Part shown: positions 1-7,703 of the stretch, in pieces | How positions within the stretch are numbered: the stretch's first letter is position 1 | How the letters are laid out: each line of letters opens with the position of its first letter | Origin: Pseudactinotalea sp. HY158 | Lineage (GTDB): Bacteria; Actinomycetota; Actinomycetes; Actinomycetales; Beutenbergiaceae | Direction: 5' to 3' | Assembly (NCBI RefSeq): GCF_009660225.1 | Contig: NZ_CP045920.1 | Location: 2,406,079 to 2,430,078, forward strand | Length of the DNA: 24,000 nt | Notes under the pieces: generated by a model | The model's input: only the letters and a program-made list of their open reading frames with translations | Databases searched by the model: none | What the model was told of the DNA's origin: nothing | Made by a program: the position numbers and the translations under genes

Positions 1-522
1 CTGCCCCGGCCGGATCTGCTCCGACTGAACCGCACCCGGCAGCACCGCACCCGGCAGCACCGCACCCGGCAGCACCGCACCGGGCAGCGCCGGCCCCGGC
101 AGCGCCGGAAGCACGGGCACCTGCGGCTGCACCGGGGTGAGCCAGTCGTGCACGCCGTCGAGCAGCACGAGATCCGGCACGCAGCCGGCCCCGCACACCT
201 GCGCCAGCGCCCGGTGCCCGGCCAGGCGCAGCGCCGCGATGATGCCGTACGCGTCGATCTCGGCCGGGCTCGCGTGCCCGACCGCGCCGGCCACGCACCA
301 GCGGCGGATCGGATCCAACAGTCGCATCCGGGCCTCGGGGGTGAGGAGCTTGGAATCGCGCAGCCCGGCCGGCAGCCGCCCGGTCGAGCCGTCCACGACC
401 ACGACCCCGACGCTCACCGGCCCGGCGAGGGCGCCCCGGCCGACCTCGTCCATGCCTGCGATCCGCGCGTGGGAGGCCAGCAGCTCCTTCTCGAGCGTGC
501 GCGTGGGGGCGGATGCGGGCAT
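1..522 (-). CDS. rnhB: Ribonuclease HII, N-terminal part (3' end runs off the window at position 1)
   Basis: My own minus-strand translation from ATG 522..520 (AGGAG just upstream) reads [45 protein letters not shown]...[11 protein letters not shown]...[13 protein letters not shown]. DEVGRGxxxGP and DSKxL are RNase HII signatures. The frame stays open to position 1, so it is absent from the ORF track (no stop in the window). The lepB-rnhB order is the usual actinobacterial arrangement. Confidence 0.85.
   Translation of the reverse strand, partial: MPASAPTRTLEKELLASHARIAGMDEVGRGALAGPVSVGVVVVDGSTGRLPAGLRDSKLLTPEARMRLLDPIRRWCVAGAVGHASPAEIDAYGIIAALRLAGHRALAQVCGAGCVPDLVLLDGVHDWLTPVQPQVPVLPALPGPALPGAVLPGAVLPGAVLPGAVQSEQIRPGQ
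31..105 (-). repeat. In-frame 15-bp tandem repeat inside rnhB (3 perfect and 2 degenerate copies of cgcacccggcagcac)
   Basis: Units at 31-45, 46-60 and 61-75 are identical. Units at 76-90 and 91-105 are degenerate. On the coding strand they encode LPGAV pentapeptide repeats (..[26 protein letters not shown]..). Confidence 0.9.
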
Positions 523-544
523 GGCTCCTACGGTAACGCGGGCC

Positions 545-1456
545 TCAGTCGCCCGCGGTCTCCTGGTCCGGAGCCGGTTCCCGGGTGCCGGGATCGGGCA
601 CGTCGGCGAACGTCTCGCCCGAGCGTCCGATCATGCCGAGCCGGTCGAGCGGCCACACCCGCACCCAGGCGGTGCCCACAACGTTGTCGATCGGCACGAA
701 GCCCCCGCCGACCGCGCCCTGGGAGTACCGCGAATCCTGCGACCTGGGGCGGTTGTCACCCATGACCCACAGGTGTTCGGCGGGCACGGTCTCGTCGAAG
801 GTCTTCTCGCTCGGCACCGCGCCCGGCTTGATGTACGGCTCGTCCAGGGGCGCGCCGTTGACGGTCACGCGGCCCTGGTCGTCACAGCAGGCCACCTCGT
901 CGCCGGGCAGGCCGATGACCCGCTTGATGAGGTGCTCGCCGGCGTCCGCGGGCAGCAGGCCCACCCACGTGAGCACCTGCTGGACCACGGTCGGCTCCTC
1001 GTAGTGCGGCCGCAGCCAGCCGCCCGGGTCCACGAACACCACGACGTCGCCGCGTTGGATGTCGAGCGGGCCGGGCCGGAGCTTGTTCACGATGAGGCGG
1101 TCGTCAACCTTGAGCGTGTCCTCCATCGACTCGCTCGGGATGTAGAACGCCTGAGCGAAGAAGGTCTTGATCACGAGGGAGATGACGAGCGCGGCGACCA
1201 CCACGATCGCGGCCTCGCGCAGGAACCCGAGCACGCCCTGACTCTGCGCACCCGGCCGACCCGAGGCCGTGCCGCCACGTCGCTGCGCGGGAGGCTCCGT
1301 CGTCCCCGATCGACCGACGATCACCTGTCGGGGTCGGTCGGCCGGCGGGAGCCGATGCGGATCCGCGGGCGGGAACGACGGCGGCCGGGAGGGGACGCCG
1401 TCCCCGATGGGGTCGACATCCTCCTGCCCGGCCGAGTCAGGACCTTCGTAGGTCAA
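545..1456 (-). CDS. lepB: Signal peptidase I
   Basis: The ORF track frame 545..1678 contains a TM helix ([19 protein letters not shown]), then the catalytic Ser box [11 protein letters not shown], the Lys box [10 protein letters not shown] and the GDNRxxSxDSR box. The longest ORF overlaps rplS, so I place the start at TTG 1456..1454, 1 nt after the rplS stop and in frame. GTG 1324 is an alternative. The start is uncertain. Confidence 0.85.
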   Translation of the reverse strand: MTYEGPDSAGQEDVDPIGDGVPSRPPSFPPADPHRLPPADRPRQVIVGRSGTTEPPAQRRGGTASGRPGAQSQGVLGFLREAAIVVVAALVISLVIKTFFAQAFYIPSESMEDTLKVDDRLIVNKLRPGPLDIQRGDVVVFVDPGGWLRPHYEEPTVVQQVLTWVGLLPADAGEHLIKRVIGLPGDEVACCDDQGRVTVNGAPLDEPYIKPGAVPSEKTFDETVPAEHLWVMGDNRPRSQDSRYSQGAVGGGFVPIDNVVGTAWVRVWPLDRLGMIGRSGETFADVPDPGTREPAPDQETAGD

Positions 1457-1457
1457 C

Positions 1458-1808
1458 TCAGTTCGCGGTCTCGCGCAGTTCCTTGACGCGGGTCGCCTTG
1501 CCCTTGCGATCGCGCAGGTAGTACAGCTTCGCGCGGCGCACGTCACCGCGGGTGACGACCTCGATCTTGTCGACCGTGGGCGAGTGCAGCGGGAACACAC
1601 GCTCGACGCCGACACCGAAGGAGAACTTGCGCACGCGGCACGTCTCCCGCAGGCCACTGCCCTGGCGCCCGAGCACAACGCCCTGGAAGATCTGCACGCG
1701 CGAGCGGCTGCCTTCCACGATGTTCACGTGCACCTTGACCGTGTCACCGGCCCGGAACTGCGGGATCTCCTTGAGGGAGCCCGCGTCGATCGAATCCAGT
1801 TTCTGCAT
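1458..1808 (-). CDS. rplS: 50S ribosomal protein L19
   Basis: The 116-aa [53 protein letters not shown]...RRAKLYYLR is unmistakably L19. A GGAAGG RBS lies upstream. The position after trmD is canonical. Confidence 0.97.
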   Translation of the reverse strand: MQKLDSIDAGSLKEIPQFRAGDTVKVHVNIVEGSRSRVQIFQGVVLGRQGSGLRETCRVRKFSFGVGVERVFPLHSPTVDKIEVVTRGDVRRAKLYYLRDRKGKATRVKELRETAN

Positions 1809-1955
1809 GGTGTGCCTTCCCGCGCTTGCCTCGGGTCAAGAGCGAATGTTCGGGCGGTGGTTCCGCCGTGATCAGGGTGGGCCGGTGATCGTGTGGATGG
1901 TCGCTCCCCCGCGGCAGAGCGAACCGGCGGCTCACCGGGCCGTCGCTGAAGTTTG

Positions 1956-3287
1956 TCACACCCCGGGCCGCGGTGGAAATCCATCCGGGTCGAGCGTGCG
2001 CTCCATCACGTAGTCGTCCTCGACGCGCGCGCCGACGGTGAACGTGCGCTCCCCCGCGACGGCGAATGAATGACGCCGGTAGAAGGCCTGGGCGCGGGCG
2101 TTGCGTTGGTTCACGCCGAGCCACAGGCGGGCCATCCCGGCCGCGGCGGCGCCCTCGATCGCGGCCTCGAGCAGCCGGTCCGCGACGCCGCTGCCGTGGT
2201 GCTCGGGCAGCACGTAGACCTTGTTCAGGTCGCCGACCCGGCCGGCCGGCCCACTCGGCCCAGTGGACCCGGTCAACACAGTGGGCGCGAGGGGGCCCCG
2301 GTGGTCGAGCACGACCATCGCGTAGCCCACGACGGCCCCGGCGACCTCGGCGAGCCAGAGCTGTCGCCGCCGCGCCTTGGCCCAGCCCCGGAACGCGGCC
2401 GCGGTCAGGTTCTCCGCAACGAAGGCCGCCGCCTCCGCGGGCGGGAATCCGGGCGGGCAGGCGAGCGGGAAGGTGCGGGCCGCGACGTCGGCAAGGTCGG
2501 CGGCGTCGGAGAGCCGGGCGCGGCGCACGCTCACCTCGTGGGCGGCCAGGAGGTCGGGGCGGACGGCGGCCGTGCGGGCCACGGCCCGGGCGCGCCGCCA
2601 CCGCTCGATCCGGCCGTGGTCGCCGGAGCGCAACACCGCGGGGATGTCGAGTCCGCGCCACTGCGCCGGGGCCGTGTACACGGGGTACTCGAGCAGGCCC
2701 GCCCGGCCGTGCGACTCCTCCACGAGCGAGTGCGGGTTACCCACGACCCCGGGCAGGAGGCGCCCGATCGCCTCGATCATCACGACCGCGGCGACCTCGC
2801 CCCCGTTGAGCACGTAGTCGCCGATCGACAGCTCCCGCACGCGCACCCCCGCCGCGGCGTAGTGGGCGCCCACGCGGGCGTCGATGCCCTCGTACCGGCC
2901 GCAGGCCACGATCAGGTGGGCCCCGCCGGCGATCTCGGCGGCGATCTCCCCGGCGATCCGCTGGGTGAACGGCTCCCCCGCCGGGGTGGGCACGACGAGG
3001 GTCGCCGGCGCGCCCGGGTCCGAGCCTGTGAGGAGGTCGTCGATCGCGCGCCCCCAGACGTCGGGGCGCATGACCATGCCCGCACCGCCGCCGGCCGGGG
3101 TGTCGTCGACGGTCCGGTGCCGGTCCGTGGTCCAGTCCCGCAGATCATGGACGCCGACCCGCAGGTCTCCCTGCGCGCGCGCCTTCCCCAGGAGCGAGAG
3201 CTCGAGCACGTCGAGGAACGCCGGGAAGATCGACACGATGTCGATCTTCCCGGCGTTCGGGCCGTCCGGTTGCCGCGCCTCGGTCAC
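1956..3287 (-). CDS. trmD: tRNA (guanine37-N1)-methyltransferase TrmD fused to a C-terminal GNAT N-acetyltransferase domain
   Basis: Single uninterrupted 443-aa ORF. Residues 1 to about 250 are TrmD ([13 protein letters not shown]..., [49 protein letters not shown]). Residues from about 255 to 443 are GNAT ([20 protein letters not shown] is the acetyl-CoA motif A, followed by [13 protein letters not shown]). The GTG start overlaps the rimM stop (GTGA at 3284..3287). Confidence 0.9.
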   Translation of the reverse strand: MTEARQPDGPNAGKIDIVSIFPAFLDVLELSLLGKARAQGDLRVGVHDLRDWTTDRHRTVDDTPAGGGAGMVMRPDVWGRAIDDLLTGSDPGAPATLVVPTPAGEPFTQRIAGEIAAEIAGGAHLIVACGRYEGIDARVGAHYAAAGVRVRELSIGDYVLNGGEVAAVVMIEAIGRLLPGVVGNPHSLVEESHGRAGLLEYPVYTAPAQWRGLDIPAVLRSGDHGRIERWRRARAVARTAAVRPDLLAAHEVSVRRARLSDAADLADVAARTFPLACPPGFPPAEAAAFVAENLTAAAFRGWAKARRRQLWLAEVAGAVVGYAMVVLDHRGPLAPTVLTGSTGPSGPAGRVGDLNKVYVLPEHHGSGVADRLLEAAIEGAAAAGMARLWLGVNQRNARAQAFYRRHSFAVAGERTFTVGARVEDDYVMERTLDPDGFPPRPGV

Positions 3288-3859
3288 GGGCGCTCGTCCG
3301 TGTCGGTGGTGTCAGCTCTGTCGGCTGTGTCGCCGGGGTCGGCAGTATCGGCAGTATCGGCACTGTCGTCGGCATCACCGGCGAGCAGACCCGCCGGCGG
3401 GTCGATCACGACCCGCCCGCCGGGAACGTCGACCACGGGCACGATGGCGGCGACGAACGGCACGAGCGTGCGCGCCCCGGAGGTTTCGGCGAGCACGAGC
3501 ACGTCGTGGGCCGGGTAGTACTCGAGCCCACGGATCTGGCCGAGCACCCGGCCGGTGGGATCCTCCGCCCGCAGCCCGGCGAGCTCGTGCGGGTACCACG
3601 CGTCGGGTTCACTCTCGGGCTCGGTCAGGAGCTCGACGCCCCGGAGGCCCTCGACCGCAGTGCGGTCCTCGTAGCCCTCGAAGCTCGCGTACCAGTGGGA
3701 TTCGCGCCGCAGCAGTGCGGCGATCGTGAGCGGGCCGGCCGCGCTCGTCAGCGTCGTGCCCACCGCGAGCCGCTCGGTCGGGCGGTCGGTGTGCAGGCGC
3801 AGCCGTGCGAGCCCGCGCAGCCCGTTCGGGGCGCCGATCGTGGCGATCCGCAGCAGCAT
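3284..3859 (-). CDS. rimM: 16S rRNA processing protein RimM
   Basis: [25 protein letters not shown]...YPHELAGL...[26 protein letters not shown] is RimM-like (PRC barrel at the C-terminus). I trimmed the start to ATG 3859..3857, which has GAGGAA 3 nt upstream. The track start at 3913 lies inside a hairpin. The acidic TAD-rich tail is encoded by 9-bp repeats at 3341..3376. Confidence 0.9.
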   Translation of the reverse strand: MLLRIATIGAPNGLRGLARLRLHTDRPTERLAVGTTLTSAAGPLTIAALLRRESHWYASFEGYEDRTAVEGLRGVELLTEPESEPDAWYPHELAGLRAEDPTGRVLGQIRGLEYYPAHDVLVLAETSGARTLVPFVAAIVPVVDVPGGRVVIDPPAGLLAGDADDSADTADTADPGDTADRADTTDTDERP

Positions 3860-3899
3860 CGGTTCCTCAGTCACCGCCGGCGATTCCTTCCGCTCATGC

Positions 3900-3933
3900 G
3901 AACGGGCCCGCACTGTGCAATGCGGGCCCGTTC
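3900..3933 (-). terminator. Perfect 13-bp stem hairpin (gaacgggcccgca / 8-nt loop / tgcgggcccgttc) between the KH gene and rimM; possible intra-operon attenuator or processing site
   Basis: Stem arms 3900..3912 and 3921..3933 are exact reverse complements, and the loop is ctgtgcaa. The hairpin starts 10 nt after the KH-protein stop. No U-tract follows, which is common in high-GC actinobacteria, so its function is uncertain. Confidence 0.4.
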
Positions 3934-3943
3934 ACGGCTGATC

Positions 3944-4183
3944 TCAACGACGATCGACGTCCACCACGTCGACCCGCACGGGGCCGTCGGTGGAGAGCGC
4001 GTTCATCACGGTCCGCAGCGCTCGCGCGGTGCGGCCCGAACGGCCGATGACCCGACCGAGATCGTCGGGGTGGACCCGGACCTCGAGCAGGTCCCCGCGG
4101 CGCAGCGACCGCGCGGTGACCTGGACGTCGTCGGGCTTGTCGACGATCCCGCGCACCAGGTGGTCGAGCGCGTCGGTGAGCAT
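3944..4183 (-). CDS. KH-domain RNA-binding protein (YlqC / Rv2908c-like)
   Basis: The last 79 aa of track ORF 3944..4933 read [27 protein letters not shown]...VHPDDLGRVIGRSGRTARALRTVM. VIGRSGRT is the KH GxxG loop. ATG 4183..4181 overlaps the rpsP stop (TGATG). The rpsP-KH-rimM-trmD order is conserved. Confidence 0.85.
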   Translation of the reverse strand: MLTDALDHLVRGIVDKPDDVQVTARSLRRGDLLEVRVHPDDLGRVIGRSGRTARALRTVMNALSTDGPVRVDVVDVDRR

Positions 4184-4626
4184 CAGTCCTCGCTGTTCGA
4201 GGTGTCCGCGGACTCGTCGGCGGGGGCCTCGGCAGCCTTGGCCGCGGCGGCGGCCTTGGCCTCGGAGGCCCGGGCCTTGCGCAGTTCGGCGTCCGCCTCG
4301 GCGGCCTTGACGGCCTCGGCCGGGTCGCCCTTCTCGGCCTTGACCGTCAGGGTGCCCTCGGTGCCGGGCAGGCCCTTGTGGGTCTGCCAGTCGCCGGTCA
4401 CCTTGAGGAGTGCGAGCACCTGCTCGGTGGGCTGTGCGCCCACGCCGAGCCAGTACTGCGCGCGCTCCCGGTCGATGTCGATGAGCGAGGGCTCCTCGGT
4501 CGGGTGGTACTTGCCGATCTCCTCGATCACGCGACCGTCGCGCTTGGTGCGCGAGTCGGCGACGACGACACGGTAGTAGGGCGCCCGGATCTTGCCGAGA
4601 CGCTTCAAACGGATCTTGACAGCCAC
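4183..4626 (-). CDS. rpsP: 30S ribosomal protein S16 with an Ala/Glu/Lys-rich C-terminal extension
   Basis: [42 protein letters not shown] is the canonical S16 N-terminus. I prefer GTG 4626 (AGGAG 11 nt upstream) over the track start at 4638, which would add MSQH. Confidence 0.95.
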   Translation of the reverse strand: MAVKIRLKRLGKIRAPYYRVVVADSRTKRDGRVIEEIGKYHPTEEPSLIDIDRERAQYWLGVGAQPTEQVLALLKVTGDWQTHKGLPGTEGTLTVKAEKGDPAEAVKAAEADAELRKARASEAKAAAAAKAAEAPADESADTSNSED

Positions 4627-4902
4627 GTGTTGGCTCACTCCTGGTTCGTGGGGGGTGAATACCGCCGCCTGCAGGTGGGGCCAACCGGCGGACGATCTTC
4701 GTGGACGCGTGTCGCATCAGTGAGAGGGCTGAGTGCACACGGGTACAGCGGGTTAGTCTGCCAGATGCCGGGGGCCTGCTGCCACTCGGCCCCTCCCGCG
4801 GGACTGTGGCGCGGGTCACAGGCGGCGACCTCGCGCGGGCAGATGGCCCAGGTGTCCGGCGCCACGGGGCCCGCGCCGGGGCCATCCAGACGAGCGAACG
4901 GG

Positions 4903-6051
4903 TCAGGTCGCGGCGCGTGAAGTGTTCAGCCATGCGCGCTCAGTCGAGTCGTCGTAGAGAACGACATGCACAGACTCGGCGGCGTCGGAGGGGTCATCCA
5001 ACCCGGCCGCGCTGAAGAACTTCTCTCGAACTTCACCCTGCGTCAGAACTGAGGAGCCACCGTTGAACCAGTAGATGATCAACTCTGGTCGATACTCGAA
5101 CCGTTCGTCATCCGTGGAACGCTCTCGCCCAAGCGACTCCGCGATGTGCCGCCACCACCAGCGATCAGATTCGCCGAGCGAACAGCCGAAGATGATGTAG
5201 AGCTCCGTGTCAGCGAAGAGGTGCTTGTAGCGGCGCTCGTTCTGCGCCCAGAACGGCTTCGCGAGCCGCAAACCGCGGTCCTGATTGCCGGCCGTTCGCA
5301 CGGGCTCATCGATCCCGAACAGGAGTGATCGCGGAATGCTCTGGTGCCCGTGCGGGTGAACAACGTCGGTCATGACGTAGGAGGAGAACGTGTCTCCCGG
5401 CCGAACGTGGGCGTTCGCCACCTCGGACGGGTTGCCCTTGAAGACGAAGTTGCGATCGACCGTCCGGTACGGGAGTGGATCGAACTGCTTCTGATCCAGG
5501 TAGACGAAGTCATCAAGCAACGGCGTGTAGTTGAAGTTGACGAACAGGAAGTTGTACACGTCGAAGTTCTGCACGCGCCCTGGAAACCCCATGCGGCGAT
5601 AGACCTCGGGCTCGAGGTCGCCGAGGAAGCCGCTGAGGGACCCCACCGCCAACGATCGGTCCATCGAGTCCGATCCCAAGGCCGTGAGCAGGTCGCTCGG
5701 AACTGCGAGACTCAGGAACTCCGAGAACTCACCCTGCATGTCCCGGAGGGCCTGCGAAAGGTCAGTCGCGCGCCAAGGGTCCCGCGCCAACAGGTCGGCA
5801 ACGACGCCTTCGACGTCACTCCAGTCCTCCTTCCCTTCTTCGCGGAGCTTCTCCATCTCCTGAAGGATCGGATTCCCCTCATCGAATGAACGAAGCTTCA
5901 GGAAGTGATAGAAGCTGACGTACCTCGTGTCGACAGCCGAGCCGTAGTCGGATAGAGCCTGAACGTCGAACCCGTTGCCGACGAAAGCGATGATGTTGTG
6001 CTGGTTGCCTGGACTGTCGAAGCCCGAGGCCCGGTACTCGCGATGGCCCAT
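4903..6051 (-). CDS. AbiH-like (abortive infection AbiH family) protein, third gene of the islet operon
   Basis: The 382-aa ORF carries the AbiH-family motif series as I remember it: IIAFVGNGFDV (aa 20-30), TRYVSFYHFL, FVNFNYTPLLD (aa 170-180), VVHPHGH (aa 230-236), LLFGID, and LYIIFGCSLGESDRWWWRHI (aa 284-303). The ATG lies 3 nt after the upstream stop (TAG-AAG-ATG). GC is markedly lower than in the rest of the window. Confidence 0.7.
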   Translation of the reverse strand: MGHREYRASGFDSPGNQHNIIAFVGNGFDVQALSDYGSAVDTRYVSFYHFLKLRSFDEGNPILQEMEKLREEGKEDWSDVEGVVADLLARDPWRATDLSQALRDMQGEFSEFLSLAVPSDLLTALGSDSMDRSLAVGSLSGFLGDLEPEVYRRMGFPGRVQNFDVYNFLFVNFNYTPLLDDFVYLDQKQFDPLPYRTVDRNFVFKGNPSEVANAHVRPGDTFSSYVMTDVVHPHGHQSIPRSLLFGIDEPVRTAGNQDRGLRLAKPFWAQNERRYKHLFADTELYIIFGCSLGESDRWWWRHIAESLGRERSTDDERFEYRPELIIYWFNGGSSVLTQGEVREKFFSAAGLDDPSDAAESVHVVLYDDSTERAWLNTSRAAT

Positions 6052-6054
6052 CTT

Positions 6055-6939
6055 CTAACCCCGACGCTCATCGGGGCACGGAACAACAACGCAGTCGGTC
6101 AAGGTATCCCTCCACAACTCGAAGACATGGTCCATCTCGGCCGGATCGACGAACGTGTCGAACGTCGACTTGGCGCGCTCGACGTTCACTCGGTCGCGGA
6201 GGACCCCGGCCGTCCACTCGATGCTCTGGCGGACGTCCGCCCCGACCTCGGCGTGGTCGGCGAACTCGGCGATCACCCGGGCCGTGTCGACCGGATCGGC
6301 CACGGCCATGAGCCGCCATAGGTCGCCGAGGTCCTTGTCGCGGACCTGCCCCGTGCGCGGCGCCCGCAGCCGTTCTCCGATCTTGGAGCCCTTTGCGAGG
6401 ATCAGCGCAGGGACCTCGGCCACGTTGACCCGCGCCGACAGTCGCGCGTCGGCGAGGTCGGTGATCGTCAGGGGTGATCGATTGAAGGCCGCAAGCTCTA
6501 GACCCAAGGCGTTTCCGACCGCGAGCTTGCCGTGCGCTGGTTGCAGAGCGGGCACCCCCCGCCTGGTCCGGCTCGCCGTGCCCGACAAGCCGTGCGGCGC
6601 GAGCAGGTCGATCTTCTCCCGGAACGCCCGCGTCCCGTCCGGCTCGTCGTACGACTCTCGCCCCCACAGTCCCGGCCGCGCCGTGGTGCGATGTTCGTAG
6701 CCGGCTTCGGCCAGCAGTGCCTCGATGCTGGGCACATCGCCGACCAACCCCGGCGTGACGCCGAGGTCGCCGTCTCCGGTCGGCATCCTCGGCACGTCGA
6801 GGTCCATCGTGCGCAAGAGGACGGCGTGGGCTCCGACCAACGTCAGCGATTCGGCATGGGCCGCAAGGACACCGACGACGTTGATGATCGCACGGCGGCT
6901 CCACTCGATCTCGGTGCGCGGCGCCTTGAGGTCCCTCAT
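6055..6939 (-). CDS. Nucleotidyltransferase-fold protein, AbiEii-like putative toxin (second gene of the islet operon)
   Basis: The 294-aa ORF has a Pol-beta-type NTase pattern: LVGAHAV (aa 34-40), TGDGDLGV (DxD, aa 54-61) and EKIDLL (third acidic residue, aa 108-113). Its C-terminal motif AKGSKIGERLRAPRTGQVRDKDLGDLWRL resembles the AbiEii/DUF1814 K..R...RDxxDL motif. The start ATG overlaps the upstream HTH gene stop (ATGA at 6936..6939). Confidence 0.6.
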   Translation of the reverse strand: MRDLKAPRTEIEWSRRAIINVVGVLAAHAESLTLVGAHAVLLRTMDLDVPRMPTGDGDLGVTPGLVGDVPSIEALLAEAGYEHRTTARPGLWGRESYDEPDGTRAFREKIDLLAPHGLSGTASRTRRGVPALQPAHGKLAVGNALGLELAAFNRSPLTITDLADARLSARVNVAEVPALILAKGSKIGERLRAPRTGQVRDKDLGDLWRLMAVADPVDTARVIAEFADHAEVGADVRQSIEWTAGVLRDRVNVERAKSTFDTFVDPAEMDHVFELWRDTLTDCVVVPCPDERRG

Positions 6940-7697
6940 GCCACTCGCCGCCCCAGCAGGATGTCGGCCTGTTCGGCCATGCGGTCGATGCCGCCGTAGG
7001 CGTCGATGACGACCTGGTCGCGTGCCACCACCGTGACGTCATCGATCGTGGTGCGCCCGAGCTCACACACCCCGTCGAACGGGATCAGGGTGACGCGCAT
7101 GCCGAAGGAGACCGGGTCTTTGCGCACCAGGCCCGCAGTCTGGGCTGCGCGTTCGACGTCCTCGACGTAGAGGACCGGCCATGCCTCGCCCGCGCTGGAG
7201 CGATAGAGGTTCGCAGCGGCATCGCCGGTCACGGCGTAGTCCACGCCTGCGGGGCCCAAGGCATCGGCAAGCTCGAATGCGGTCGCGCCGGCCTTGAAAC
7301 CGACCGCTCCGGCCCGACGAGTCAGCCGAGCGGCGCGCCCCGCCCGAAACAGGAGATCGGCTTCTTTGCCGGCGACCGTCCGGCCGCGGTCATCGATGAG
7401 CCCGATCCGCGCCCAGCGCTGCCGCCAGGCGTCGACGGCCGGCGTCATCTCGATGCCCAACGTGGGATCGAAGGCCAACCGGGCGGCTGCGATCGCCCCG
7501 ACGTCGGCGGCACCGGTGAATCCGATCGGCTCCCCCAGGACCGTCAGGATCTCCTGAGCCAGATCGAACGACGGGCTGACCGCACCGGACTCGATCCGGG
7601 TCACCGTCGTCGGGGCAACGTCGACCAACGCCGCGAGTTGTCGAGCACTGAGCCCGTTCACGCGACGCAGCATCGAGATGCGCTCCGCAAGGTCCAC
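6936..7697 (-). CDS. XRE-family HTH protein with an AbiEi-like C-terminal domain, putative antitoxin/regulator (first gene of the islet operon)
   Basis: 253-aa ORF. The N-terminus LAERISMLRRVNGLSARQLAALVDVAPTTVTRIESGAVSPSFDLAQEIL is a Cro/C1 (XRE) helix-turn-helix. The remaining ~190 aa (..VDYAVTGDAAANLY..VLYVED..VARDQVVIDAYGG..) resemble the C-terminal neutralising domain of AbiEi-type antitoxins. The start is GTG 7697..7695. Confidence 0.6.
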   Translation of the reverse strand: MDLAERISMLRRVNGLSARQLAALVDVAPTTVTRIESGAVSPSFDLAQEILTVLGEPIGFTGAADVGAIAAARLAFDPTLGIEMTPAVDAWRQRWARIGLIDDRGRTVAGKEADLLFRAGRAARLTRRAGAVGFKAGATAFELADALGPAGVDYAVTGDAAANLYRSSAGEAWPVLYVEDVERAAQTAGLVRKDPVSFGMRVTLIPFDGVCELGRTTIDDVTVVARDQVVIDAYGGIDRMAEQADILLGRRVA

Positions 7698-7703
7698 GAG
7701 CCA

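Noticed and set aside
137-1486. Long plus-strand ORFs (137..1486, 2070..3518, 8790..10628, 10381..12391, 13770..16274, 16537..18915, 19652..21397 and others)
   Set aside because: Each lies antisense to, or out of frame with, a minus-strand gene that has clear family motifs. Their translations are Arg/Pro/Gly/Ala low-complexity text with no recognisable domains. Stop-poor shadow ORFs are expected in ~75% GC DNA.
1809-1955. rplS upstream region as a structured L19 leader
   Set aside because: Only a 6-bp stem (tcgctc/gagcga) could be found by eye, which is insufficient to claim a ribosomal-protein leader. A covariance-model search would be needed.
3341-3376. 9-bp tandem repeats (ggcagtatc x2 plus degenerate copies) at the 3' end of rimM
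   Set aside because: They simply encode an acidic Thr/Ala/Asp low-complexity tail of RimM (..[16 protein letters not shown]..). They are in frame with no sign of separate function, and are noted only as possibly length-variable.
4640-4902. The 260-nt untranslated region upstream of rpsP as a possible sRNA, riboswitch or tRNA
   Set aside because: I found no tRNA-like T-arm (GTTCGA/ATCC) or other recognisable RNA family signature. Only short GC stems are present, as expected by chance at this composition. It is most simply the rpsP promoter and leader.
3944-4933. 329-aa minus-strand ORF spanning the KH gene, rpsP and the rpsP leader
   Set aside because: Only the last 79 aa (KH domain) are meaningful. 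The upstream part overlaps rpsP in another frame and is Arg/Gly/Pro junk. A proper ATG at 4183 is coupled to the rpsP stop.
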